Below, one piece after another: positions 37,492 through 48,926 of a stretch of DNA of 64,000 bases. The notes under the pieces are model-generated. The model saw nothing but the letters and a program-made list of their open reading frames with translations. It ran no database searches and had not been told where the DNA came from. Each line of letters starts with the position of its first letter. The first letter of the stretch is position 1. The position numbers and the translations under genes were made by a program. This DNA comes from Chlorokybus atmophyticus (taxonomy: Eukaryota > Plantae > Mesostigma and Chlorokybus algae): assembly GCA_009103225.1 (NCBI GenBank), contig RHPI01002656.1:347240-411239 (forward strand). Reading direction: 5' to 3'.

Positions 37492-40400
37492 CACGCATCT
37501 TATGTGGGGTGGGGTGAGCAGAGACAGGGGCGCTGTGGGGGTCGCATTACCCAATACAACTCGTTGGGCGTGCCACTTGTTTTGTGATGATGTACTTGTT
37601 GTGGTTGCATGCATGTATTGCAGCCTATACCGCAGGAGTGCTCTTCTGCAACAATGCATGCAGGAGTGCATGCCAAAAAGTTCCGCACTTTGAGGCGATG
37701 GCTTTTGTGTCACGCTTGCTTGGGGCACCCGCGGTATTGCACACGTGCACACATGCACAAGGTAGCAAGCACAGAGGTGCAATTGGTGCAAGTCGGACGT
37801 GTGATTCCGATCTCCCTCTTTGATCACAGCCATATAACCTCACCTGACAAGATCCCCGTCCAGACATGCACTACTCGGTTTAGCCAGAAGTCACTGCCAG
37901 TCAGTATGGTGAGAGTCAGCTGTCAGTAATGAGAGAGTTACTGGGGTCAGCGGCGCAGGCTGGAGGAATTGCGGCTATGCATTGCGGCTATGCTGGCAGC
38001 GGGTAGCGGGCGCCTTCCAGCAAGTATAGGTAATGGCGCTCACGACGCAAGGCACAGCAATAATAGCAGCAATGTTGGGTTGGGCACCTGTGACCGTAGA
38101 ACCTCCTACCACGGAGGCATACACGGCGCTAGAGTGGACGGCAACGTAGGAGGCCGCGACAGGGTACAGGATATGCGCGATGCTGTTGGACTTGCATAGG
38201 CACTTTGCTATGTCATGGCATACGTGGCGCGACACATGCAGTGTTGCAGACGTGCGTGTACATCACTGACTGGTACTGCATGCTGCCCTCTCGTCATACT
38301 CACTAACTCGCAGATGCTGGACAAACCCTAATTTTTCGTATGAAGACGCGGGAGGCCACAGTGAACAGTTGCCCTTTTCGGCAACTTTCTGACTGTGGCG
38401 CTGCTTGCTCAGGTGAGGAGCTGCTGTTTGCTGCTTCCCTCCTGCCTTGAGCGTGCAGCTGTGGGGCCCAGCGCACTGCTATCTTGCTTGTCTGCTTCTG
38501 GCACTAAAACCAACTTGTAACGCACCTACTCCCCAGCCCGTTTGCTTGGTTGCTTGTATGTGTGTTATTGTGTAGCGCTTGCTGTTGCTGCTATTGTACT
38601 GCCAGTCTTGCCATTATCATTGCATATGCATCCACACAGACTTTCGTGAGAGGTGATTACCTCTAACACGACCACCAAACCAAGCTACAATTGGCTAGGC
38701 TGGCAGCACCTTTATTGCATGCAGAGCGAGGGCTTTTGCAAAAGCTTGTATTTGACTAAACGGGGGTACAATGGACTGGGCTGATCTGCGATACTTGGAA
38801 AAAGATTTGCTGGTCTGCAACATAGGCGCTTACTCACCATTCGCCTACTTCACTGCTCCTAACCCCGACATTCATACCGCTCCACCGTGTGAGTTATGCA
38901 TGTCTCGTCGTCATTTGCGGCACCGACATGCATGTGCGCGGGTTAGGCTAACATGGTTGTGATTGTAGTGTGCAATGCGTCCGCGTGTTTGCTGATGGTA
39001 GAGAGCAATTGGCGAAATGTGACATCATTGTATAAGGTATAAGTCGTAGGGCAAAGAAGCAATCCAAATACACAACAAGCAACACCACAAGCAGCAAGCA
39101 AACTAGTCACAAGAGCAAGCAAAAGCAACTCTTTAATTATCACAGGGGCTCTATACAACTATGTGCACCATATGCACTATGTGCTCAAGGCGGGGCGCGG
39201 CAGTAGGATGCAGTGGCAAGCAGCAAGCGAGAAGCAACCAATCAACCAACCTAAGCACACAAGCACAGACGCAAGGTAGGAACTCAGAAGAGCGGCGCAG
39301 GAGCTATAGCAACTGCAACGCGTAAGGGTGCTGGGTGGGAAGGCGGGTGTGCTGTGCGTGGCTGTGCATATGAGTTGCGCCGCCGCCGCCGCCTTTGCTC
39401 TTTATCCCAAGTCCTTGCTGAGGCAGCGTAAGGCCGTATGTTTGTATACCATACACGGTTTACGCAACGGTGTGTATACTTCGTGGCTCGAGCAAAGTGC
39501 TTGATGTATGCATTATGTAGTCTACGTGACGTATCATTAATGTAGCAATCAGCATCGATGGTTATCGACCCTCTGGCCCTGATAGAAACCTACATTAATT
39601 TACATGCTACATGTAGTTTCGAGAGTTGTATTGTACAAGCCACGTGGCCGCCAAGTCATCATGTGATGAGGCAATCGCAAACTTGATGCCTCCCACGCTT
39701 TTACACGGTTGCCATTGTTAACTCAGGCCGCAAGTCACTCTCTAGTTCAAAGGTTCTTGGCGAGGGCCCGGGTGGTGGGTGAATGCACTTGCACATGTAT
39801 TTCGTCAAGCATAAGTTAAAATGTGTGCGATGACGTAAAGCACAACGCGATTACATGTATGTCATTGGGTCATTGGGTCATTGGGTCAGGACCATGTTGG
39901 TAACAATTGCTTGCTGACTCACTGCTGCCTCATAAGCCATGCTGCTTGCAATTGCTTGGTTGCTGTCATGTGCCTAACTGTCATAAACGGTAGCCTAACA
40001 AATGGCTGCGGGTCTCACACAAGGTGCCTAGGCTGCTATTGGCGGTACTTGTAAAACCAGGGGACCATACTTCACCCTTGGCGGCGCAACCTTCAAAGCG
40101 GGGTCCAAGCAGTTGTCGTTGTCAGCGTCGTCAGAGTTGCAGTCATCTATGCTTGCTGCACCCTTCGCGGACCTTAGGGCTAACCTGTTCCTCTGCTCCG
40201 TCCGTGTACTTTGCAGGTGGTACCCCTCTAAATCGTTGACTGATGCCTTGCTTGCACGAGGGTCTGGTGTGCTAGCTGGTACCAAGGAGCTTTGCCTTGA
40301 TTGTGTAAGTGTAAGGCTTTGTGTTGACCCCCATTCTGATTATTGTCCTTGTGTTGTACTGCTACTATTGCGTAGAAGTGTGCTTGCATCTTGCCTTGTT

Positions 40401-40557
40401 GCACACCTTTTAAGAGCGTGCTAAGCGCAGCTCTTATGTGCTTTATGTGTATACGTGTAATATATGTTGTTGTGAGCCGGCAGAGGAGGGGCCCCCACAC
40501 ATGGTATGAGCAGCAAATAGTGTAATTGACGTCGCTTGTCGCTTGTTGTTGCCCCCC

Positions 40558-40799
40558 NNNNNNNNNNNNNNNNNNNNNNNNNNNNNNNNNNNNNNNNNNN
40601 NNNNNNNNNNNNNNNNNNNNNNNNNNNNNNNNNNNNNNNNNNNNNNNNNNNNNNNNNNNNNNNNNNNNNNNNNNNNNNNNNNNNNNNNNNNNNNNNNNNN
40701 NNNNNNNNNNNNNNNNNNNNNNNNNNNNNNNNNNNNNNNNNNNNNNNNNNNNNNNNNNNNNNNNNNNNNNNNNNNNNNNNNNNNNNNNNNNNNNNNNNN
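40558..40799. other. Assembly gap (N run)
   Basis: Visible Ns flanked by poly-C. Confidence 1.
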
Positions 40800-40839
40800 C
40801 CCCACCCCCCGTTCTTCTCCTTCCGGCGCGTATATGTGG

Positions 40840-40928
40840 TGTCACGAATTGGGATAAATTGTGACAGACCTCACTCATGGTAGTGTCTTTTACTACCATA
40901 GCCTAGTGGTCGGGCCCCGATTGTTACA
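40840..40928 (+). mobile_element. Solo LTR (89 bp) of TRIM family 2
   Basis: TGTCAC..GTTACA flanked by 5-bp TSD TGTGG (40835-40839, 40929-40933); clearly similar to the reverse complement of 53872-53961 and 54339-54431. Confidence 0.9.
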
Positions 40929-42733
40929 TGTGGCGTGGAGAGAATGCCGTAACTTCATAGCAACTGTGGGTCTATGCATGTTAAACAGCACGTATACAAA
41001 ATTTATTTTGATTTAATATATATGCACAAACGTCGTGTTGACAATAATGTGGTTGGACAAGCATGATGCAGTATGCACCCGTATACTCAGTGTATCAGTG
41101 CACACAATAATAATGTTTACAAATTTAAATACGGGCGTTATATAAAATGTACTACATCATGCCAAATATATTACAGTATGAAACTCACATATTATAATAT
41201 AACTCATACGCATGTGAGAATTGTGGTATATTGGCTTTACACTCGTCACCTTTATGGTTGCGGCTGAAGCGGTTGAATGTTCACGTTTATAGATAGGATC
41301 ACCTAGTTATAGCCCACAAAGCCCATGCGTTTGCAATGCTGGGCATACAGGCACTTCCGGCACTTCCGCATGCTGCAAGGCAGTTCTCAGCAGGAGCTTC
41401 CTCCGAGGCCTACAAACTTCCATGCCACTACGTACACTTTAGGAAGTTAGTTCTCCTCTTGCGGCCGATGTTCCGTGCCGAGCTCGCACGTTTGGTCAGC
41501 TGCCAGCTGGAGCGGTTGCGACCTCGAAGAGGCGAGGCGCTGGCGGCACCGCCCGATAAAGACCGGTGTTTTGCCGGTCATGTGACCTTATTGGCGGGTG
41601 CTCAGCGCACCTAGAGGCTGCAGACCGACCGGTTCGGCCTCCGCCACCTCTCCTCACGCTCAAGAGACGCCCGATCGCGCTAAAACGCGATCATAAAAGT
41701 TACATACCAGCGTGTTTATCAGAAAAGTTACATACCAGCGTGGCAGGTCGGTACCAGCCTTCCCGTGCCTATCCTCGTTACGTTACGGCTTCGCTTGCTA
41801 CTACTTGCCACAGCTACCCTTGCTAGATTTCGCTAGATTTCGCTTTCACTCTTCACCACATTGAGAAGCGACAAGCTGTAGCGGAAAGCCATTTGTCCGA
41901 TTGCGAGGGCCGAAAATACAAACGCCTCTGGTGGTAATGGTGGTGTTGTCATTGTGCATGCCGCTGACTTGAGCTGTGGCGCCAGTGTTGTGGTGGTAGT
42001 GCGCCTTGTCGTCGGCATTAAGGTTGTAGTGCTTCCAAAACCACACGTCAAGGTGAGTCAATTGCTCGTGCGCCTGGCCGGCTGTTAGCTGATGAATTCG
42101 AGTCGGAAGCAAATTGGTTAATTTTTGCATGGTGTTCGTCTTGTTAAAACCACGCTGCATGCAGAGTTTTGACGGCCGCTGCTCTGCTTGTGAGCGCGTG
42201 CTGTGTCGCTTGGCTTTTGCATGACGTCAATTGCTTGCTTCAATGTGCCGGGCTCACCAACAACCTCGCCCTATGGTTATTGACCACAGCACATCAACGC
42301 GTTATGTTGGTGTGACACTGTTCCTAGCAGCAAACTAGTTTGCACTGTCGGCGTCGAATGCTCTCTGTACTTCCTTGTGTGTATGGCTTTAGGTGCCACG
42401 CTGTCAATAGTTGCAACATTGGCAATCATACCACCAGCTGAGGTTGCCTTAAAGAGCTGGCTCAGTCGCACACGTCTGCACGTTATCGTCAAGGCATGTT
42501 AGGCATGTCAGAAGTAGCTGAAAGTAAGCTGCAAGTAGCAGTGGTCGTGTTGTATCGAAGCACGCATGGCCATGCTGGGCTCCACAGCGAAAACTGCATC
42601 TGCACTCAATTTGCGTGACTACTGCAGGCACCGGCGTTTGCAGCAAGTTGGACTAGTGACGTGGTGCTGCAAGCTTGACTGGTGACGTCTCCTATTTGAT
42701 AATTGACAAAGACAAGCACCAAGGTCATCCGCC

Positions 42734-44434
42734 ATGGTTGGGACAATGGTAAGCTGTCTCACATCATGCTGTATGCTCAATGCATTGAAGCACAGTCGTC
42801 TTCCATGCGAGTGCCCTTTGACCTGAGGATGCTGACGCGAGCCCTGAGAACTGCGTTGGGCTGAGCTGCGCTGGGGCCAAGCTTCTGTGCACTGACATGC
42901 TTTTTTCACATGTGCAGAAGCAAACGATATGTGACCAGCACGTCACGAGGCAATTCCTCGAGCTCCCCGCGCATGGCAAGGTCCAGGCCGAGTACATCTG
43001 GCTGGGTGGCTCTATCTGGGACATCCGTTCGAAGACAAAGGTAGAGATGGTCGTGCAAAAGTGCACCTGCTAAACAGTCAGCCTGAGTGACTGCTCACCA
43101 TCATTTTCTCTTCTGTGTAGACGTTGTCTGAGAAACCCAAATCCCCTGATGACCTTCCATTGTGGAACTACGACGGCAGTAGCACGGGTCAGGCCCCTGG
43201 CGACGATTCCGAGGTGTACCTGAAACCGAGGGCCATCTATCCGGACCCCTTCCGCCGTGGTGACAACATCCTGGTGATGTGCGATGCCTACATCCCCCTG
43301 AAGCCTGGTCAGGAAGGAGACATGAAGCCCATCCCCACCAACACGCGCCTCGCGTGTGCTGAGGTCATGGACAAAGCGGCCAAGCATGTACCGTGGTTCG
43401 GCATTGAACAAGAGTACACGCTGAAGGATGCTCAGACAGGCTGGCCGCTTGGCTGGCCAACTAACGGCTTCCCAGGAGCCCAAGGTGCTGGTTGTCATCT
43501 AGCTGACTGCCTGCTAGGATGCACCCACATGTGTCCAAACAAGGTGAGCTGCATGAAGACTGAATGTGTCCCTTTGCACAGGTCCTTACTACTGCGGTGT
43601 GGGAACGGGCAAAGCCATTGCGCGTGATGTGGTTGAGGCGCACTATAAGGCTTGTTTGTACGCCAACATCAACCTCTCTGGCATCAATGCAGAGGTGATG
43701 CCTTCGCAGTGGGAGTACCAAGTAGGCCCCTGCACCGGCATCGACTCTGCTGATCAGCTGTGGATATCGCGTTACATCATGCTGCGAGTCTGTGAGATGT
43801 ACGTCATTTTCTGAGATGCCACAGTTATTGCAGTGAAGCTAGTTCATTGTGACATGCATCGATTGAAATGATGCAGGTACGATGTCATTTGCGATTTTGA
43901 TCCCAAGCCTATTCCTGGTGACTGGAATGGCGCTGGCTGCCACACCAACTACAGCACCGTCGAGACCCGCACTGCTCCTGGCGGCTTTGACGCCATCCAA
44001 AAGCAGATTGAAAAGCTGGCAATCAAGCATAAGGTGCTGCATCCCCGAGAGACTGCCTGTGTGCAATGCATCAGCTTGGTAGCAGCTGACATCGTGCTTG
44101 TCGTTGCTGTTCCAGGAGCATATACTGGTGTATGGAGAGGGCAATGAAAGGCGCCTGACCGGCAAGCACGAGACCGCCTCAATTGACAAGTTTGGCTGGG
44201 GTGTTGCTGACCGCGGCAAGTCTATCAGAGTTGGCCGCGCTGTGCCGCTTGATGACTGCGGCTACTATGAGGATAGGCGACCAGCTTCGAACATGGTGAG
44301 CACACACATGCAGTTAGTCACAGTTGTGTACAGCAGAATGAAACTTGTGGTTTGCTCACTCAGTCTCATCACTGTCGCAGGATCCTTACGAGGTTACGCG
44401 CATGATAGTGCAGACCACCCTGCTGGACGATTAA
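42734..44434 (+). CDS. GLN: Glutamine synthetase (eukaryotic GSII), no obvious transit peptide
   Basis: 5-codon first exon MVGTM, then [103 protein letters not shown]; TAA at 44432-44434. Confidence 0.97.
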
Positions 44435-45026
44435 ACAGCAGCGGCTTCTGATCTGTAAGCTTCCGTTAATTAAGATGTTATCTCTATATGTGGTAACTTC
44501 AACATTCTGATAGTGTTATGTAGCTCGTGCTTGTAAGTAGGTAATCTTATCCTTTTTGTATAGCGGTGGCAGCCTTGGCTGTCCACTGGAACATGTCCAT
44601 AGCAGTGGGTATGTAGATGTGGTAGAGTAAACGTAAACAGTTAAATTGCATTCAAGTCTCGAAGGTTGCATGTTATGAGTGCATAGCTAAACTTGGCCTT
44701 CACCCACATGCACTATCGCAGTGGCACGTGCTTCCAACAGACTGTAGCACTGCATTGGCGATCAGACACTGCACGCAGCAGTGTACACGTTCTGCAATTC
44801 TGCGTGAGAACCTGTCGTGCAGTGAACAGCAACCTGTGGACATTCGCGCATGGCCACATGGGAGGAAGGGTGGACAGGTCAGTGCATCCTGTTGAATGTT
44901 TTTGCTGAAATCAGGCTTACTGAAAGGTGAATGTGCGAAATACAGTGTAGTGTTTCACTTAGTAGAAGGTGTATGTGTACAAAGACTCAATGTGCGTTGC
45001 ATGCATCACATTGCACATGTGTGTAT

Positions 45027-45415
45027 GTGCATGGTTTGATGTTGTGCACGACACTATGCACATACAATCCTCATGAGAGGTAGCAGGGATATGGAATAAG
45101 GTGCAGAGAGAGGGATGGTGAGCATTACGGCAGCAACGGTGCGCCGAGTTATATGTGCATGGCGTGATGTCGTACACTGTAAGAGATTATGCTTTGCACA
45201 CACAGCACTTGTGGTGAGATTTAGTAGGGATATGGAGTAGGGTGCCTAGAAAAGGTGGTGATTACTGTGGAAGCAACGGTGAGAGTTGTGTGTGCATGGT
45301 GTGATGTCATGCACTGCACACTATGCGCATACAGCACGTGATGAGAGTGTGCAGGACATGAAGTAGGTGCAGAGAGTATGGTGAGCACTACGGCAGCGAT
45401 GGTGAGCCGAGTGCC
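45027..45415. repeat. Degenerate tandem repeat, three units of ~125-137 bp
   Basis: Units start GTGCATGG at 45027, 45155 and 45292 and share ATGAGAG, GGTGCAGAGAG, ATGGTGAGCA.TACGGCAGC, GGTG.GCCGAGT blocks. Confidence 0.75.
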
Positions 45416-46223
45416 GAACGTCGCAGTCACACCATAGTCGTTTGGCAACGTCGCTGCTTTGTTGTAGTAGCTAGAGTGCTGAAGCGCTTTTCTATGAGCA
45501 CTACAGCACACGCTTTTAGCTGTCACAAGCTCCACTTACAACCTATGTACAAATGTACATGCGGTGTGGGTGGCGCGCTGTTCTACCTCACAAGCACGCT
45601 ATAGATTCAGGCAGTACATGTACATGACTTGAGTTCCGCAACAGTTGGACTTACCGCGCACGCATGCACAGCATCAGCAAACTTCACAGGTTGATACTTG
45701 CAATAGAGATTCGAATGCTGTGCGAACTTCTTGAAGTTGCATGACACTGTCACAATATAGATGTTTGATGAATGACCCTGTCACTGCGACTCATAAGCAG
45801 TAGCAATATGAACGTGATCGCAGTAGGAAAGTACGCATGCAGCAAGCATGTAGGCAAGCACGTACGTGCATAAATTCGCTGTATGCGTTTGCCTGCAAGC
45901 AGCTGTGCAGCGCTGAGTCAGTGCTGTTGTCCTACATCCTAGAGTCCCCTTTTATTTCATTCATATGCAGCAGTGCTAAGGCCACATGGGCGGAACAATG
46001 TCCATGGGGACTTGGTCTTGTGCAAGTGGTCCTCTCATCGTCATTCTGGTCGTCGGCAGGGTCAAGGTCAAGGCAATGCTCGGCTCATCCCTCAGCTTAT
46101 GCCGCCATGGTCTGCTCTGCAGGTGTACTGTCCTGCTGATGGGCTCTGCCCTGCTGATCATCGCCTGCTTTCCTACCTGCCAGTCCATGCATGCACAAAC
46201 GACCCAGCCAACAGAAGAACAAC

Positions 46224-46496
46224 NNNNNNNNNNNNNNNNNNNNNNNNNNNNNNNNNNNNNNNNNNNNNNNNNNNNNNNNNNNNNNNNNNNNNNNNNNNNN
46301 NNNNNNNNNNNNNNNNNNNNNNNNNNNNNNNNNNNNNNNNNNNNNNNNNNNNNNNNNNNNNNNNNNNNNNNNNNNNNNNNNNNNNNNNNNNNNNNNNNNN
46401 NNNNNNNNNNNNNNNNNNNNNNNNNNNNNNNNNNNNNNNNNNNNNNNNNNNNNNNNNNNNNNNNNNNNNNNNNNNNNNNNNNNNNNNNNNNNNNNN
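46224..46496. other. Assembly gap (N run)
   Basis: Visible Ns. Confidence 1.
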
Positions 46497-46749
46497 CCCC
46501 CCCCCCCGAAGTTACGTGTTGTCTTTCTTGTTGGTGTACAAAAGATGCAACAAGCATTTCATGCATGCAAGGTCACCACCGTGCTGAGATGCCACCCAAC
46601 AGCAGCAAGCGATATACACTCACCAACAACACAACCACCGGGCTTGCTATTGACTAGTTCATCGTTCAACCTATCACCTACCTACCTACTCACCACCCCC
46701 GTCAGTCAGTCATGCATGCATGCATGCCAGCACAGTCGGTTACTTACCT

Positions 46750-48404
46750 GTACACGTATAGATCACAGCTTCAGTACCCGTTCACACATCCAGCACAACA
46801 TGCAGCAGTCAGCGTGCCACTCTCCCCTCCCTTCCCTCCCCCTCCTCCTCCCTTCCCTCCCCTCCCCTCCCTCCTCCCTTCCACACCCTCCCCCTGCTGC
46901 GTGGCTGCTTTGCTGGCTGTCATGGTGTAACCCTTGTCACGGTTGAGCTTCCCCCCTCTGCCCTCCACGCTGCAGTCGCTGTCGCTGTCGCAGTGTGCTC
47001 AAACTGTGCAGGTGTGTGTGCCGGGTTTATCTCATGTGTATGTACCCGTCGGCGGCGGCTTGAGGGAGATGATGATGGCAACGGAGGAGCTTTCCAGGAC
47101 GCGGACAAGCTGTACTTCCATTGGCGACGCTGACAGCCATCTCGGCACCTGTGCATCATCGAAGTTGTCAACTTGTGCAAGCATGTACACGCGTGCGTGC
47201 GTGCGTGCATGATCAGCAGCCCGCATGTGCCCATTGTCAGTGTCCACCTTATCGTTCACAAGCAGCCGACCCCCGCGTGTGCCCGCCACGAAGCCGCGTA
47301 TTAGACGACTGAGGACCGTCATGCCGTGAGTCGTGTTGATGTGGGTGGTGGTGTTGGCTAAGGAGTTTGTAGTAACGCTTGTGACAGATGCATTGGACCC
47401 GACAATCGGCATTTGACCCGCGCCAGACACATTGCCGATGGACATGTCTTTCTCGTATGTTGGGATTGTTGCACCCAGCTCCATTCCATCATATCAGAAC
47501 CTACCAACCACCATCACAACATCACCACACTAGACCACACCACGTTACTCACCAACAATCAACCAACATACACGCAACATACACCCCATTCCCCCATACA
47601 CTTTCCCACCTCGCCAGTATCCATCTCCAACCGCGAGCACGTCCCCACAAGCCACGCATGATCCACAACACCCAACATCTCCATTTTCTCCTCCTCGAAG
47701 TGCGCGCAGGCTGCAACACGCGTCGCAAATGGGCGAGGGAACACGCGTCCCAGGGGCCTGTTGAAAGACACCTTGCCCGAGGAGAAGGGTGTGGGGGTTG
47801 TGGTCGTGGTTGTGGTTGTTGTGTCGGTTGCGGGGGGTGCTGTGAGGATTAACAACACTCCAGCGAGCCAATCAACCACCTTGTCAGTGGTTCATCTCCA
47901 TGCGACGATGGGCCAGTTGGCGGCGCTTCCCAGCGCCATCAGGAGCTTGCCATCACCGCAGAAGTCCATATCAACACCTGCGTGTGGCCTTGGTAGCCTC
48001 CGGGTAGGCCAGCCGTGCAGACGACCCTCTCTGTATGTTTGACACAACCTGCCTGCCTGCTACCTTTTTCCCAGGAGCTAAACAGAGTCCCCGCACTCGC
48101 CTGGGCACCCCACCTTCTCCCGCTTCCCCTCCCCCTCCTAATCCTGCTCCGGCACTGGTGCTTGGGGACTCCGGTGCTGCGCTTGGGTCTGAGGTGGAGG
48201 AGGAGGAGGAGAAGGAGTCGACCATACCCCAGCAGGACAACATTAACATCTCGCATATGTCGAGGTCTGCGACGGAGAGGTAGCATTCGACGGGGAGGAG
48301 GACGTGCAGCTCGACGAGGAAAAAGGTCACGCTGCGACGCACCACCATCACAACCAACGTAAAACTAGGATTGATGATGCCGGGCTGAGGCTAGCTGCTC
48401 TCAT
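46750..48404 (-). pseudogene. Disrupted N-terminal WD40 region resembling cilia/flagella protein CFAP57 (WDR65/FAP57)
   Basis: Collinear blocks recalled from CFAP57: VRRSVTFFLVELHVLLPV, VRGLCLAPGKK, DMDFCGDGKLLMALGSAANWPIVAWR*TTDK, VDHAWL..DTGEVLI, IRGFVAGTRGGRLLV, LSASPMEVQLV. Joining them needs frameshifts near 48350, 47972 and 47490 and passes in-frame TGA at 47894-47892 and 46765-46763. Confidence 0.6.
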
Positions 48405-48926
48405 GTTCACCCTCATTGTTAACCCCTCCTCGTCGCCTGCGCCCCACTCCACCCGGATGCATCACCAACAGACGGTTGCGGCGTCAGTTACAGCCACCAC
48501 CACCATTCAATCTGCCACTCATCCGTTCATGTGCTAAGCTGTGCTGCCTGCTCTGTGCCAACGCATGCGCAGTTGCTTTTATGGACCCTTTACTCTCCGC
48601 CGTATGTTTACATATGCCGGCAAATACCACTGATCAGTTGCAGGCACTGTCTAGCTTTGCTGCAGGAATACCAAACTTAGCATGGATAGAATAACCCCAT
48701 ACAACGTGAGTGTACATGTTCAATGTACACTCACGTAGTGCCGATTTTTGAAACCTGTTGAACACCACTTTGCAACAGGTATGGTTATATCAACCACAAC
48801 TTCAGGCAGGGGATAGATACAATTATTCCATCATAACACACAGTTTGTAGCGCAAATGGAGTATAGTACAGTGCAATAGAGGCAGGCAACTAGCACAAGG
48901 CCGACAAAGTCATAACACTAATCTAC

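Noticed and set aside
39660-39920. C/D box snoRNA (TGATGA at ~39664)
   Set aside because: No suitably spaced D box with a terminal stem and no recognisable guide.
40024-40424. Overlapping short ORFs left of the first gap
   Set aside because: No recognisable motifs or consistent splice pattern.
40228-40899. ORFs of 100-220 aa spanning N runs (also 45973-46946)
   Set aside because: Artefacts of translating assembly gaps.
41695-41742. CRISPR-like repeat-spacer
   Set aside because: Only two repeats, an 8-bp spacer, eukaryotic context and no cas genes.
46750-48404. UGA-to-Trp recoding suggested by TGA at expected Trp positions in the WD40 gene
   Set aside because: Intact genes in the window use TGG for Trp and TGA as a true stop (kish, catalase, F-box), and the same gene also has frameshifts; pseudogenisation is simpler.
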